Below are positions 1 through 11,964 of a stretch of DNA of 64,000 nucleotides, one piece after another. Both the position numbers and the translations under genes were made by a program. The notes under the pieces were generated by a model. The model did not search any database. It was given only the letters and a program-made list of their open reading frames with translations, and had not been told where the DNA came from. The DNA is taken from assembly GCA_951406725.2 (NCBI GenBank), contig OX597831.1, positions 48,298,001-48,362,000 of the forward strand, given 5' to 3'. The number at the start of each line of letters is the position of its first letter. Positions within the stretch are counted from its first letter, which is position 1. This DNA is from Octopus vulgaris (Eukaryota).

Positions 1-140
1 TCAAATTCCACCACGGTCAACTTTGCCTTTTATCTTTTCAGGGTCAATAAATTAAGTACCAATTGCGTACTGGGGGTCAATCTAATTGACTGGCCCCCTT
101 CCAAAAAATTTCTGGTCTTGTCCCTAGACAAGAAAAGATT
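1..140 (+). mobile_element. SINE family B, 3' part (cut by window edge)
   Basis: tcaaattcc...ctttgccttt.atc.tttc.gggtcaataaattaagtacc...ggggtcaatctaattgactggcccc matches the B copies at 8956, 9419 and 27576. Confidence 0.85.
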
Positions 141-633
141 ATTAGCAAGTCATTTCTCTTGGGCTGATAGTATTGATTCTTTGACAGTATGTCACAGGAT
201 ACATAGATCAGAATCAGGCCCCTAAACGGTGGCGCCGGTGGTGGTGGTGAAATTGGAGATTTAATACTCAGTTATTCTTGCAAAATTTTCTATTGGCTTA
301 CCCAAGGTCAATTAATCTTTCATCTCTTTCAGTCAGGTCGGTGGGTCGATTGTACTGTTAAAGCATTTGTTTCAGTTCTCTGTATTTCAGAGTGCAAATT
401 CTACCAAAGCCTCTGGTGTCACTAAATATAATGTTGGTCCAGGTTGCTGGAATTTCTAGAATGTGACATGGAATGTCTTATGGCATTTGTTCTGACTATT
501 TGCATTCTGGTAGCAACATTCATGCTAACATTGGTGCCAAACTGTATCAAACTTCAGTTCTATATTTAAGAGATGAGGAATTATGTACATTATTTACATT
601 TGACGGATATTTGTCCTCATCTTGTTTGTTGTT

Positions 634-656
634 AACACAACGTTTCATCAGGTGTC
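634..656 (-). ncRNA. Hammerhead remnant with stem II deleted
   Basis: Reverse complement GACAC-CTGATG-AAACGTT-GTGTT is the 1062-1107 motif minus the stem II hairpin. Confidence 0.65.
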
Positions 657-708
657 TTGGGTAAATTTCGAACCTGGGTCCTCATTCCTAAGGTATTTTT
701 CGATGTTG

Positions 709-861
709 TGAGATGAAGTTAAAATAATAGACAGAGAACACCACTGGAAAATACGAAAACTAAAAGAAGCAGCACATATGCTAGGACACAACAACCTCTT
801 AAGCAGACCGAGTGCAGATATGAGTAGCATATGGGAACCAGTATTAAGGAAGGATAGGTGA
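709..861 (+). pseudogene. Penelope GIY-YIG endonuclease C-terminal fragment
   Basis: Manual translation *DEVKIIDREHHWKIRKLKEAAHMLGHNNLLSRPSADMSSIWEPVLRKDR* fits the PLE end pattern W.EVKILDRE..W..R..KEA...LS.IW.P; not in the ORF track. Confidence 0.75.
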
Positions 862-905
862 ATATCAGATTTCTACCCCCTAAAATTCACTCCATAATCG
901 CCCAC

Positions 906-978
906 GGGCATATGGCATAGTGATTAAGAGCACGGGCTACTAACCCCAAGATTCCGAGTTCGATTCCAGGCAGTGACC
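906..978 (+). other. tRNA-derived segment with Pol III A/B boxes (not a functional tRNA)
   Basis: A-box-like TGGCATAGTGA, anticodon-like arm GGG-CTACTAA-CCC, B-box-like GAGTTCGATTCC; acceptor stem poor; followed by (AAT)n(AAC)n. Confidence 0.65.
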
Positions 979-1061
979 TGAATAATAATAATAATAATAA
1001 TAACAACAACAACATCGAAAAATACCTTAGGAATGATAACCCAGGTTCGAAATTTCCCCAA

Positions 1062-1107
1062 GACACCTGATGAAGGCTGGAGAGTATATCAGCCGAAACA
1101 TTGTGTT
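1062..1107 (+). ncRNA. Minimal type-I hammerhead ribozyme motif
   Basis: Stem I GACAC/GTGTT, core CTGATGA (1067-1073), stem II GGCTGG/TCAGCC, GAAAC (1095-1099), then ATT where the sister copy has GTT (palindromic AACGTT). Confidence 0.75.
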
Positions 1108-1856
1108 AACAACAAACAAGATGAGGACAAATATCCATCAAATGTAAGTGATCTATCAAACTTGCCTTTCTCTTTGACATCAATGTCAGCATGGAGAAAT
1201 AAGTTTTGCAAGTATAGGCAGTTACTGGTCTTTTATAAGCCACTTTACCCAGGCCTGTAGCCTTGAACAATAGTTTTCAAGGTTCAAATCTGTAGTCTTA
1301 CAAGATATATGGAGACCTAGAGAAAATGAGTGATTAGCTTTGCATTTTCCATTTAATGGGAGATTTAATCAGTTATACCCCACCCTTAAAAACCAATGCT
1401 GGAAACGAATATTTTACATTTTGTAGTCACTATGTAAGATTGTCAGAGACCTGTGCAGTTTATCTGTATGTAATGAGCCAACATATAGGATACTATATGT
1501 GTTTTTTTTTTTTTGTGGGGACTACAAGAAAAAGCAATTAAACTGCCCTGTTATCACACCCAATCATCTGAAAGGGGAGGAGATAAATTGGACGATAAAG
1601 TACTGAATGCACTATATCTGAAAATACAAAGGATAGGCTGACTATGTCTGCATTGACTATAATCATAGAACAACTCAAACAGAAATGACCTGGATATAAA
1701 TAATTACATGTATATGTAGACTACAAGTCAATGGAGGATCCTCTATGTGGTTATTCAATATGTTAAAAATAGCAGTCACATCTCTTTTATGTTACACATT
1801 GGCTAATATAGTCTAAAATATAGATAGGATGACCATAGCTAGAGGATTTTTGGCTA

Positions 1857-2104
1857 TCATCATCATCATTTAGTGTCCACTAACCATGCTAGCATGGGTT
1901 AGATGGTTCAACTGGGGTCTGGGAAGCCAGAAGGCTGCACCAGGCCCAGTCTGATCTGGCAATGTTTCTACGGCTGGATGCCCTTCCTAATGCCAACCAC
2001 TCCATGAGTGTAGTGGGTGCTTTTTACGTGCCACCGGCACAGATGCCAGACGAGGCTGGCAAACGGCCACGATCGGATGGTGCTTTTTACGTGCTACTGG
2101 CACG
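1857..2104 (-). mobile_element. 3' end of the RTE family seen at 28345-30857
   Basis: (CAT)n tail, ccatgctagcatgggtt...ctggatgcccttcctaatgccaaccactcc, and about 1.4 units of the 62-bp repeat. Confidence 0.85.
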
Positions 2105-3054
2105 TATATGTATGTTTATCCATTTTGATGCCAGACCACCTGAGAGTGGCCCTGGGTTTATAATAAACTTATTATTAGAATTATCTAAATTAAAACCATT
2201 CATCAAAATTACATGTTAATTTAGGTTCTGTACACCAGTTATTTTGCAAAAAATGATATTTTGCAAAATTCTTTCAAAATTAATTAAATTAAAACAGTGT
2301 ATTTCAACAGAAATATGAAGACAAAATGGTTAATCAGGATTAACTGAACTGAACAGCAGCAGCAACAACAACAACCTATACACCTATAAATCAAGATCCA
2401 CAGGTCATACTTCTCTAGTTAAAAACTATAGGTCATGCTATAGGTCTGGTTAACAACTATAAACTATAACAACATCTGTACATAGCAGTGTATTTGCAGG
2501 ATGGGGATTGATGGATGGTTTGCCTCAAGTGACACTTTTTGGAGGTGGCACTTGCTGGTCTGCTGTATAAGGCTGTATAGGCTTAGGGACCCAAGGTAGT
2601 GTGGTGGGTGACAGCAAACTCAAATGCTGCCCTGAATACCCTGCACTCTAGCTATTCTACTGTGTGTAGGCCATGCTGCTGTTCTCTGGTTGCCATCTAT
2701 AGGCCATAATCCCTCTCATCAAGACGTAAAGGCCATGTTTTCCTGGTCAAAGGCTATTGAGTTAGCTTGTTTCCTCTGAATATCTTAACCTTCTTGTAAC
2801 CACATTTCTTTTGAAACACACTGCTTGAGAGATATCTTTTACTTGTTTCCACCATTTGACAGTGCCCATACTGGAGCACTGCCTTCAAGTGTTTTAGTTG
2901 AACAAATTGACTCCAAGATTAATTTTTTTAAAACCTGGTACTTATTTTATCGGTCTCTTTTACCAAAGCACTAAATTATGGTGACATGAACACACCAACA
3001 TCAGTTGTCAAGCAGTGGTGGGGACAAACAATGACACAAAGACACACACACACA

Positions 3055-3088
<34 letters not shown>

Positions 3089-3090
<2 letters not shown>

Positions 3091-3504
3091 CTCTTTTTTT
3101 TTTCTTTTTACTTGTTTCAGTCATTTGACTGCGGCCATGCTGGAGCACCGCCTTTAGTCGAGCAAATCGACCCCGGGACTTATTCTTTGTAAGCCCAGTA
3201 CTTATTCTATCGGTCTCTTTTGCCGAACTGCTAAGTTACATGGACGTAAACACACCAGCATCGGTTGTCAAGCAATGCTAGGGGAACAAACACAGACCCA
3301 CAAACATATTCACACACACTTATATATATATACATATATACGACAGGCTTCTTTCAGTTTCCGTCTACCAAATCCACTCACAAGGCATTGGTCGGCCCGG
3401 GGCTATAGCAGAAGACACGTGCCCAAGGTGCCACACAGTGGGACTGAACCCAGAACCATGTGGTTGGTTAGCAAGCTACTTACCAAACAGCCACTCCTGC
3501 GCCT
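3089..3504 (-). mobile_element. SINE family A, full length (tRNA head, central TA/CA microsatellite, A-rich tail)
   Basis: Reverse complement starts aggcgcaggagtggctgtttggtaagtagc with B-box GGTTCAGTCCC; collinear with copies at 5762, 6502, 10282, 34313, 45513, 48952 and 63032. Confidence 0.9.
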
Positions 3505-3795
3505 ATATATACATATAAATATAGGGATGATATTATTAAAATACCATCATGAGTGGTAAACGAATTATCAGCTGTACAGGCAAATTAATAAAAATATATA
3601 CATACAATATTAGATATGCACATATATACACAAGGATACTACATGAGTACCTATATCACTAAAAAATAGAATTTGAAAAATACTTCTGTACCACCGAATA
3701 GTCACAAATCTATTACAGACATGATAGGAAAAAATATCAGTGAACGATAATAATTTCTTACCTCTAATGGGTCAGAACAAGTAAATGCTGGTCAA

Positions 3796-3853
3796 CCTGG
3801 TACCGGTTTCGAAATTTAGTGCCAAAAAGGTGCCTGATTTCTCATCAGCCAAA
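3796..3853 (-). ncRNA. Minimal type-I hammerhead ribozyme motif (second family)
   Basis: Reverse complement TTTGG-CTGATGA-GAAAT..(21 nt)..ATTTC-GAAAC-CG-GTA-CCAGG: intact core, stem II, palindromic ACCGGT stem III, GUA site, stem I with two G.U pairs. Confidence 0.75.
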
Positions 3854-3924
3854 GTCTGCCAGCTAAATTGCTACTAACATTCTCCCCCACCATACCTGCA
3901 AAAGTTCGTTTATATAGATAGATA

Positions 3925-3972
<48 letters not shown>

Positions 3973-4735
3973 ATATATATATATATTGGTGTGAATTGTT
4001 TGTTATACAGCGGTGTGTTTTACAATCCTGTAAATAATAATAATGGTATATATATATCTATTATATATATATATATATAAGCTTAAAGCTTATGGTAATC
4101 ACCATGACTAAGGAAAATAGACTAATAAATGGGCATAAAAGCCCTGAAAAGAAAAAAAGAAAGCTTTCCTATCCGCATGGGACATGAACCCACATTCCTT
4201 TGTTAACACAACTAAGTGTGTTACCTTTATATATAGATAAAACTTGCCCAAGGTGTCACACAATGAGACTGAACCTAGAACCATGTGGTTTGGAACTAGG
4301 CTTCTTACTATACTGCCATGCCTGCACCTGATAGTGAAGGATTTAGTAAAATAACTTCATTATTATTAAGCTAGTGTTTTGGAGCATAAATAAATATGGA
4401 ATTTCAATAGAAAGATTTAATTTGGATCACTTTGAAATAGGAAATTTGTATCCTGTTATCAAGGATGGTCTCAGGTGGATTGGTATGGCAAGTGTTAAAT
4501 TATCTTTAACCTTGGTGTACAAACGAATTTGCTGATACAGCAGCACAGGAAAAGAATTCTGATTCAAAACAGTGAAGTTGTGCAAAAAGGAGCAAGCAAG
4601 AACATTTGATTTACTGCAACAGGAAGCAAGCTGCAAGACAAAACAAATGATCTGTACAACAATTGATCTTTAAGGTCAAACAGCTATTCTTTCTCATATA
4701 CAATTATATCTAAATGTATGCGTATGTGAGCATAT

Positions 4736-4854
4736 ATGCATATATACATCCATCCATCCATCCATATATACATATTTAAATACATGCAAACATACACTCA
4801 TACATACATATATATATTTATTTATATATATATATATATATATGTGTATATATA

Positions 4855-4905
<51 letters not shown>

Positions 4906-4955
4906 GTGTTATATATATATATGTGTATATATATGTGTATATATGTGTATATATA

Positions 4956-4989
<34 letters not shown>

Positions 4990-5110
4990 CATACATACAT
5001 ACATATATGTGCATACATATACATTGATATATATGTGCGTATACGCATTTATCTTTCTCTCTCACTCTCTTCCTCCCTCGCTCTCTCACTCTCTCTTTCC
5101 CTCACCTCCC

Positions 5111-5141
<31 letters not shown>

Positions 5142-5155
5142 CATACATATATATG
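4736..5155. repeat. Compound (TA)n/(TG)n/(TACA)n/(TC)n microsatellite
   Basis: Direct reading; explains the YI/VC-rich ORFs. Confidence 0.95.
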
Positions 5156-5761
5156 AAGTAAATACATCACAGTGCATCAATCATGTGTAGAAACTCATAT
5201 ATATATATATATAACACAAATATATTATAGTCTTTTGACTGTTGAGCAGAATAGATAATTTTTGCTTGCAGAAACAGCTGGAATGATTTCTGAGACAAAT
5301 TGATGTCTATTCACCGTTCACTGTTATGCCTATATATAAAGATATAGATATAGATGCTTACATGCGAGTATGTATATATATAGTCTCTCTCCAATAATTT
5401 TGTTATTAATTATTTTAAGGATTCGGTATATTGTTATTCAAGTTAGAATTCTGGTTCAACTCTGTAACATGCACAGCAACTGAAATGCTAGTGTGTGTGC
5501 ATGCATTTGTGTGTGTACAAGTATGTTTGGTTTTGACATTGTGGTTAACCCAGGTCTAGATCGAACGCATTCCCAGTTACAACCAACCCATCTTATTTCC
5601 GAACACGGTGTCTTTCAGAACAGCATCACACTAACGTATTCTTCCTTTCCTAAAATGATAAAGAGAGATGTGGCTGTCATATTTTGAAGACTGAATGGCC
5701 ACATAGGTTTTGTTGATTGTTTGTTTAGTGTGGTTGTGGTTGTTTAGGCCCAGTTTTACCC

Positions 5762-6190
5762 TTTACTCTTTTACTCTTTTACTTGTTTCAGTCATTTGAC
5801 TGTGGCCATGTGGGAGCACCGCCTTTTGTCGAGCAAATCGACTCCAGGACTTATTCTTTGTAAGCCTGATACTTGTTCTATCGGTGTCTTTTGCCGAACC
5901 ACTAATTTATGGGGACGCAAACACACCAGCATTGGTTGTCAAGCAATGTTGGGTGGACAAACACTGACACACAAACATATACACACAAACATACACACAC
6001 ATATATATATATGTATGCATATATACGACAGGATTCTTTCAGTTTCCATCTACCAAATCCACTCACAAGGCTTTGGTCGGCCCAAGGTTATAGTAGAAGA
6101 CACTTACCCAAGGTGCCATGCAGTGGGATTGAACTCAGAACCATGTGGTTGGTAAGCAAGCTACTTACTACACAGCCACTCCTATGCCTG
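5762..6190 (-). mobile_element. SINE family A, full length
   Basis: Collinear with 3089-3504; (TTTTACTC)n tail at left. Confidence 0.9.
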
Positions 6191-6318
6191 TCAAGCATTA
6201 ATTAAATCATTTTAATTGTGATCATCCAATTAATGTCAACTGACAAACATAAACATCTGAGAAGTATATAGACACACTTGTTATACTTTTTTTTTCTGTG
6301 TGGATACTACTTGATGTT

Positions 6319-7003
6319 TTAATCCACTCGCATTTAAACCAGCCACATCTGGTCCAAAATATTCAACCTGCTTCATGTTCAAACTGACAAAATCTCCTTT
6401 CTTACACTTACCTTACAATGACATTCTAAAAATATGCAATCACATCATTGAAATCTTGGCGCTATGAGATAATGCATGATTAATTCAAAATGAATGTGAA
6501 TAGGTGTAGGAGTGGCTCCATAGTAAGTAGCTTGCTTACCAACCACATGGTTCTGGGTTCAGTCCCACTGTGTGGCACCTTGGGCAAGTGTCTTCTACTA
6601 TAGCCATGGGCTGACCAAAGCCTTGTGAGTGGATTTGGTAGATGGAAACTGAAAGAAGCTTGTCATATATATATATATATATGTGCGTATATATATATAT
6701 GTTTGTGTATATGTGTGTGTATGTGTAAATGTTTGTGCGTCTGTGTGTCTGTGTTTGTTCCCCCAACATCACTTGACAACTGATGCTGGTGTGTTTACGT
6801 CCCAATAACTTAGCGGTTTAGCAAAAGAGACCGATAGAATAAGTACTAGGCTTACAAAGAATAAGTCCTGGGGTTGATTTGGTTGACTAAAGGTGGTGCT
6901 CCAGCATGGCCACAGTCAAATGACTGAAACAAGTAAAAGAGTAAAGAGTAAAGAGTAAACAAGCATTACATTTAACAGAGTAAACTGAATGCTAAAGGGT
7001 TAA
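6319..7003. mobile_element. piggyBac-type MITE (20174 family) interrupted by SINE A
   Basis: Reverse-complement homology to 20174-20394; ends ...gctaaaggg-TTAA. Confidence 0.7.
6502..6959 (+). mobile_element. SINE family A, full length
   Basis: tRNA-like head, central (TA)n(TG)n, (GAGTAAA)n tail. Confidence 0.9.
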
Positions 7004-8517
7004 ACTTGTTAATACGTTGTGCACAAGGCATGTCAACTGAATATTAGATTAAGTATTTAAATGCATCAAACAAGTTTTTAAATGCATCAGCCATATTATG
7101 AATGCCTTGCTTCCCTGGGCCTTGTCACATTCAGAGTGTCGTGCTGAATCTGCCTGAGAATTACATTAAGGGTACACATGTTTGTGGAGTGCTCAGCCAC
7201 TTGCACTTTAATTCCAAGAGCAGTCTGTTCCTTTGATTGGACCAATTGAAACATTTGTCATCATAGCTGATGAGGTGTCAGTAACATGCAGCATGTGTGC
7301 ATGCACAAATGCATATATGTATATAATTTTGCATCATGTATTTTTGTTTCTTTCACTCACTGAATTGCAGCCATGATGGGGTACCTCCTTCAAGAGATTA
7401 GTCAAATAGTATATATTTCTCTATGTCTGGTACTTATTCTGTGGATTATTTTGCTGAACTGCTAAGTTACAGGGACATAGAGAAATGAATATGACTCAAC
7501 TATTTCATTCCATTTCTCTTTCCAGCATTCACTCTGGCTCAACTCTCATGATTCTCTGTAGTTCACATTCATTGCCCATGTCTCACCTACTTCAATCAGA
7601 GTATTCATCAAACAAGTAATATATTCTTTCCCTTTCCAGCTTTAGCAATACTTCCTTCATTAACGTAGTACACCATTCAATTCTTTGAACTTCTGCAATG
7701 CACACATTCCTTCAGTTATTGTTGCTCAAATTCAGTCCATCTCTTCCAGTCAAATTTACCTCAATCAAATAGTTATAAAGATTGATAAATTTGTGGTAAC
7801 AACACTTTTTTTTTATTGTGAGACAAGAAAAATATGTCTAGCAATAATCATATATTAATGTAAGACATGATAGCAGGCTGATGATTGGATAACATCCAAG
7901 CAGGGTTATTAGCAAAGAAAAACAGGAGAAGCTAAGAAAATAAGTGATGGCTAGTGTTATCAAATAATAAAACTAAATTATTCTCACTTTGAGAACTGTT
8001 GGAGTTATTAGTGTGTCTTGTAGCTTGCAGTTCTGAAGTTAAATTCAATTTAGACTAATTTAAACTATAATTCTGCAGAATTCAAAATTTATGTAATTAT
8101 TTATCATTACAAAAAAGGACAGTGAATGGGCGGGATTCTTTGAACATTAGACAAAATAATTTATAATATTTGTTCTGGCTTTTTGCAATTTTAAGTTCAA
8201 ATTTCACTGAGATAAACATTGTTTTCCATCTTTCCAGATTTGATAAAAAAAAGTACGAATGATATAATGAGGCTGATTTAATCAACAGCCAATCTGTGCC
8301 CTACAAGTAATAGATTAGCATGGTACAATAGAGCCAAAATCTTTGTTCAACCATAGGGCTCCAACAACAGGTGAAATGACACATCAGTTGGAATACCTAT
8401 CACTTATTTACACCAGTTATTTACCTGTAATATTATATATTACTATCTAATACTACAGGTAAGTATTAGATAGTAATATAATAAAAATATAATTATAATA
8501 TAAATATAAAATAATAA

Positions 8518-8890
8518 ATTGGCTGTGGTAAAAAGCTTGCTTCCCAACCATATGGTTCCAGGTTCAGTCTCACTACATGGCACTTCGGGTAAGAGTCTTC
8601 TACTTAAGCCTCAGGCTGACCAAAGTATTGTGAGTAGATTTGATAGACAAACTTTAAGAAACCTGTCATGTATATATATATATACATGTATGTATTTGTG
8701 TATCTGTGTTTGCCTCCCAACCCACCATCATTTGACAACCGATGTTGATGTGTTTACATCGCCAGAACTTAGTGGTTTGGCAAAAGAGACAGATCGAATA
8801 AGTATTAGGCCTACAAAGAATAAGTTGACTAAAAGTAGTGCTCCAGCATGGCTGCAGTCAAATGATTGAAACAAGTAAAAGATTAATAGA
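8518..8890 (+). mobile_element. SINE family A, diverged
   Basis: Collinear degenerate copy. Confidence 0.8.
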
Positions 8891-8955
8891 AATAATAATA
8901 CAAAATGATGGAATACTCATTGGTTATTAATCTGTAGTATTATACATTACTATTT

Positions 8956-10247
8956 AAGATAGCGAGCTGGCAGAAACATTAGCACACCAGGCAAAATGCT
9001 TAGTGGTATTTCGTCTGTCTTTAGGTTCTAAGTTCAAATTCCATCAAGGTCAACTTTGCCTTTCATCCTTTCGGGGTCAATAAATTAAGTACCAGTTGCA
9101 TGCTAGAGTCGATCTAATCGACTGGCCTTCTCCCCCAAAATTTCGAACCTTGTGCTTAGAGTAGAAAAAATTGTTAGCATGCTTAGATTGAATGTTTAGC
9201 AGCATCTTGTCTTCATGTTCTGAGTTCACATTCAGCCAAGGTCAACTTTTGTTCTTTCAGAGTTGATAAATTAAGTATGAGGGGAACAGTAGGGTCAATG
9301 CAGTCCACAAGTCCTCTCCCGCTAAATTTCAGGCCTTGTGCCTTTAGTAGAAAAGATCATATATTCCTATCAAGATAACACATACAAGCCTGTCTTTAAT
9401 TCAATATGCACATACCATAAAGGCAGCGAGCTGGCAGAAACGTTAGCATGCCAGGCAAAATGCTTAGTGGTACTTCGTCTGTCTTTACGTTCTGAGTTCA
9501 AATTTCGTCGATGTCAACTTTGCTTTTCATTCTTTTGGGGTCGATAAATTTAGTACCAGTTGCTGCTGGAGTCGATCTAATTGACTGGCCCTCATCCACA
9601 AAATTTTGTGCCTTGTGCCTAGAATAGAAAAAAATTATGTACATACCATATTTGCTGGTGCTTTTGCTACTATTAAATGTATCAAAATGTTGCTCTACAT
9701 CTCCTGTGGCTTTCATATAGATAGGAGACCGAGTGATTTTAGGCTCGCAGACCAGATTAGCATAAGTCCACTAAAATCAATAACTTTTACTACTACCACT
9801 AATAATAATAATAATGGTTTCAAATTTTGGCACAAGGCCAGCAGTTTTGGGGTAGGAGGGGTTAAGTTGATTACATCGACACCAGTGTTTAACTTGTACT
9901 TATTTTATCGACCCCCACCAAGAAGATGAAAGTCAAACTCGACATCAGTAGAATTTGTACGCAGAACATAAAGTCAGTCTAATCGCCTTAGCCCCTTCCC
10001 CAAAATTGCTGGCTTTGTGCCAAAATTTGAAAGGAGGCAAGCTGGCAGAATTGTTAGCGTGCTGGGCAAAATGCTAAACAGTGTTTTGTTCAATTTTATG
10101 TCTTGAGTTCAAATTCTGCGATGGTTGACATTGTCTTTCATCCTTTCAGGGCTGATAAAACAAGTACCAGTTGAATATTGGGGTTGATGTAATTGACTTA
10201 CCTCCTCTCCTGAATTTGCTGGCCTTGTGCCAAAATTTGAAATCAAT
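8956..10247. mobile_element. Cluster of SINE family B copies (8956-9170+, 9171-9360+, 9419-9633+, 9812-9975-, 10033-10247+)
   Basis: Recurrent gagctggcagaa.cgttagca head, GAGTTCAAATTCC B-box and ctttgcctttcatcctttcggggtcgataaattaagtaccag core. Confidence 0.85.
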
Positions 10248-10281
10248 ATTAGTATTTTTTATTGTCCTTATAACCAGTTGT

Positions 10282-10710
10282 AAGCGTAGGAGTGGCAGTG
10301 TGGTAAGTTGCTTGCTTACCAACCACATGGTTCCGGGTTCAGTCCCACTGTGTGGCACCTTGGGCAAGTGTCTTCTACTATAGCCTCGGGCCGACCAAAG
10401 CCTTGTGAGTGGATTTGGTAGATGGAAACTGAAAGAAGCCCATCGTATATATGTATGTATATATATATATGTATGTATGTATGTGTGTGTATATGTTTGT
10501 GTGTCTGTGTTTGTCCCCCCCCCCCCAATATTGCTTGACAACCAATGCTGGTGTATTTACGTCCCCCGTAACTTAGCAGTTTGGCAAAAGAGACCGATAA
10601 AATAAGCACTAGGCTTACAAAGAATAAGTCCTGGGGGTCGATTAGCTCGACTAAAAGTGGTGCTCCAGCATGGCCACAGTCAAATGACTGAAACAAGTAA
10701 AAGAGTAAAG
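10282..10710 (+). mobile_element. SINE family A, full length
   Basis: Near-consensus copy. Confidence 0.9.
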
Positions 10711-11028
10711 TTGTTCTATGCTTTCAAAGGCCTCTTTAAAAAATAAAGGATTGTAAAAAGAAGAGCAATAAATTGTTAAGTCTTGCTTCAAAAACTCCTC
10801 GTCTGAATTGATACTAGCAGACACAAATAAACAAATATATATAAATATTTTCCATCAGAACTGTTGATTTTATCAACTGCTATAGTAAGGACATTCTTTA
10901 AATATTATAATGATGACAGTTTCAAAAATAATTTGATGACATTTTGTTCTATATCAGTCAAAAAATAAATTTTCAAATTCTCTTACTTCATTAATAACTT
11001 ATGACATGACTGACAGTTTCTTAATATG

Positions 11029-11340
11029 CATTGATCATTGACGTTATAAATAAAGTGTTTATGTGACAACTTGTCCTGCTAGAAATACCAGATAAATCTT
11101 TTTGTAATCACGTTTTATTGTTTAAGAAAAGGAAGCTTTACATTATTTATTTAAGCACTTCACTCCCCATAAAGCATAAGACATTGATCATTGACGTTAT
11201 AAATGAAGTCTTTATGTGACAGCTTGTCCTGCTAGAAATACCAGCTAAATCTTTTTGTAATAGCATTCTATTGTTTTAGAAAAGGAAACTTTATCCTATT
11301 TACTTAAGCACTTCACTCCCCATAAAGCATAAAACATTGA
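11029..11340. repeat. Tandem duplication, 153-bp unit x2
   Basis: Unit starts (cattga) at 11029, 11182 and 11335; the two units are highly similar. Confidence 0.9.
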
Positions 11341-11964
11341 GAATTTTTCCCTACTGTTCTTGGCACTTTCCAGTTCCATCCCTGCATTTTCATTTCTGCT
11401 TCAGTATCCCACCTCCGACCATTTTTAAGGTACCCTCTCTTTTGCCTTTCTTGTGAGTTTCTCCTGGTAATCAAAAGGGGAGCTGGCCTTGCATCTTTCT
11501 TTCAGATTTTGTTGCACCGTATCATATGTTTCTATAAGGGAAAGCCTTCCTCTCTAAGATCGTGTTGGTTTTAAATTCTCAACATTACTTCTGTAACATC
11601 GCTTTTTTTTCTAGGTGGTGGTGCTGGTCCTATGCAATCAGCTGTCCTTTCCAGCATGTGAAGCCCTATCAGGAGCTTGTAGTCCACTAGCATAGCTCTC
11701 AGGGTCATTGGAACACACAAGCCACCACCATATCAGAAGGGCTACACCTCATTGGATAATGTAAACCTGGAAATCCACATGACAAAATAAAGGAATAAAA
11801 AATTAGGTGGATGGGCCTGGCCAGAATATTTTTGACCATGTAGGGCTTACATCCATCAACAATGACCATGAATTTGCCCATGTATGTATTAGACTCTTTA
11901 AGGGAAGCCTAGAAATCACTCATGCATGTAAGTCTCCTTTACATACCACTGAAAGACAGCCAAA

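Larger units (their letters stand above)
553..1148 (+). mobile_element. 5'-truncated Penelope-like element (PLE): inverted terminal-repeat copy, GIY-YIG C-terminus, 3' region with hammerhead motif
   Basis: 553-708 is an inverted copy of 1010-1148, with extra tail. 709-861 encodes a PLE-like endonuclease C-terminus. Inverted partial pLTRs are an established PLE feature. Confidence 0.75.

Noticed and set aside
906-978. Functional tRNA gene
   Set aside because: Acceptor and T stems pair poorly, no T-run terminator, embedded in a TE.
3275-3559. Recurrent RLPNPLTR / QIHSQGFG / VEDTCPRCH peptide family
   Set aside because: Antisense translations of SINE A, not a protein family.
7878-7910. CTGATGA followed by the hairpin TTGGAT-AAC-ATCCAA (hammerhead-like)
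   Set aside because: No GAAA after the hairpin and no stem I/III pairing.
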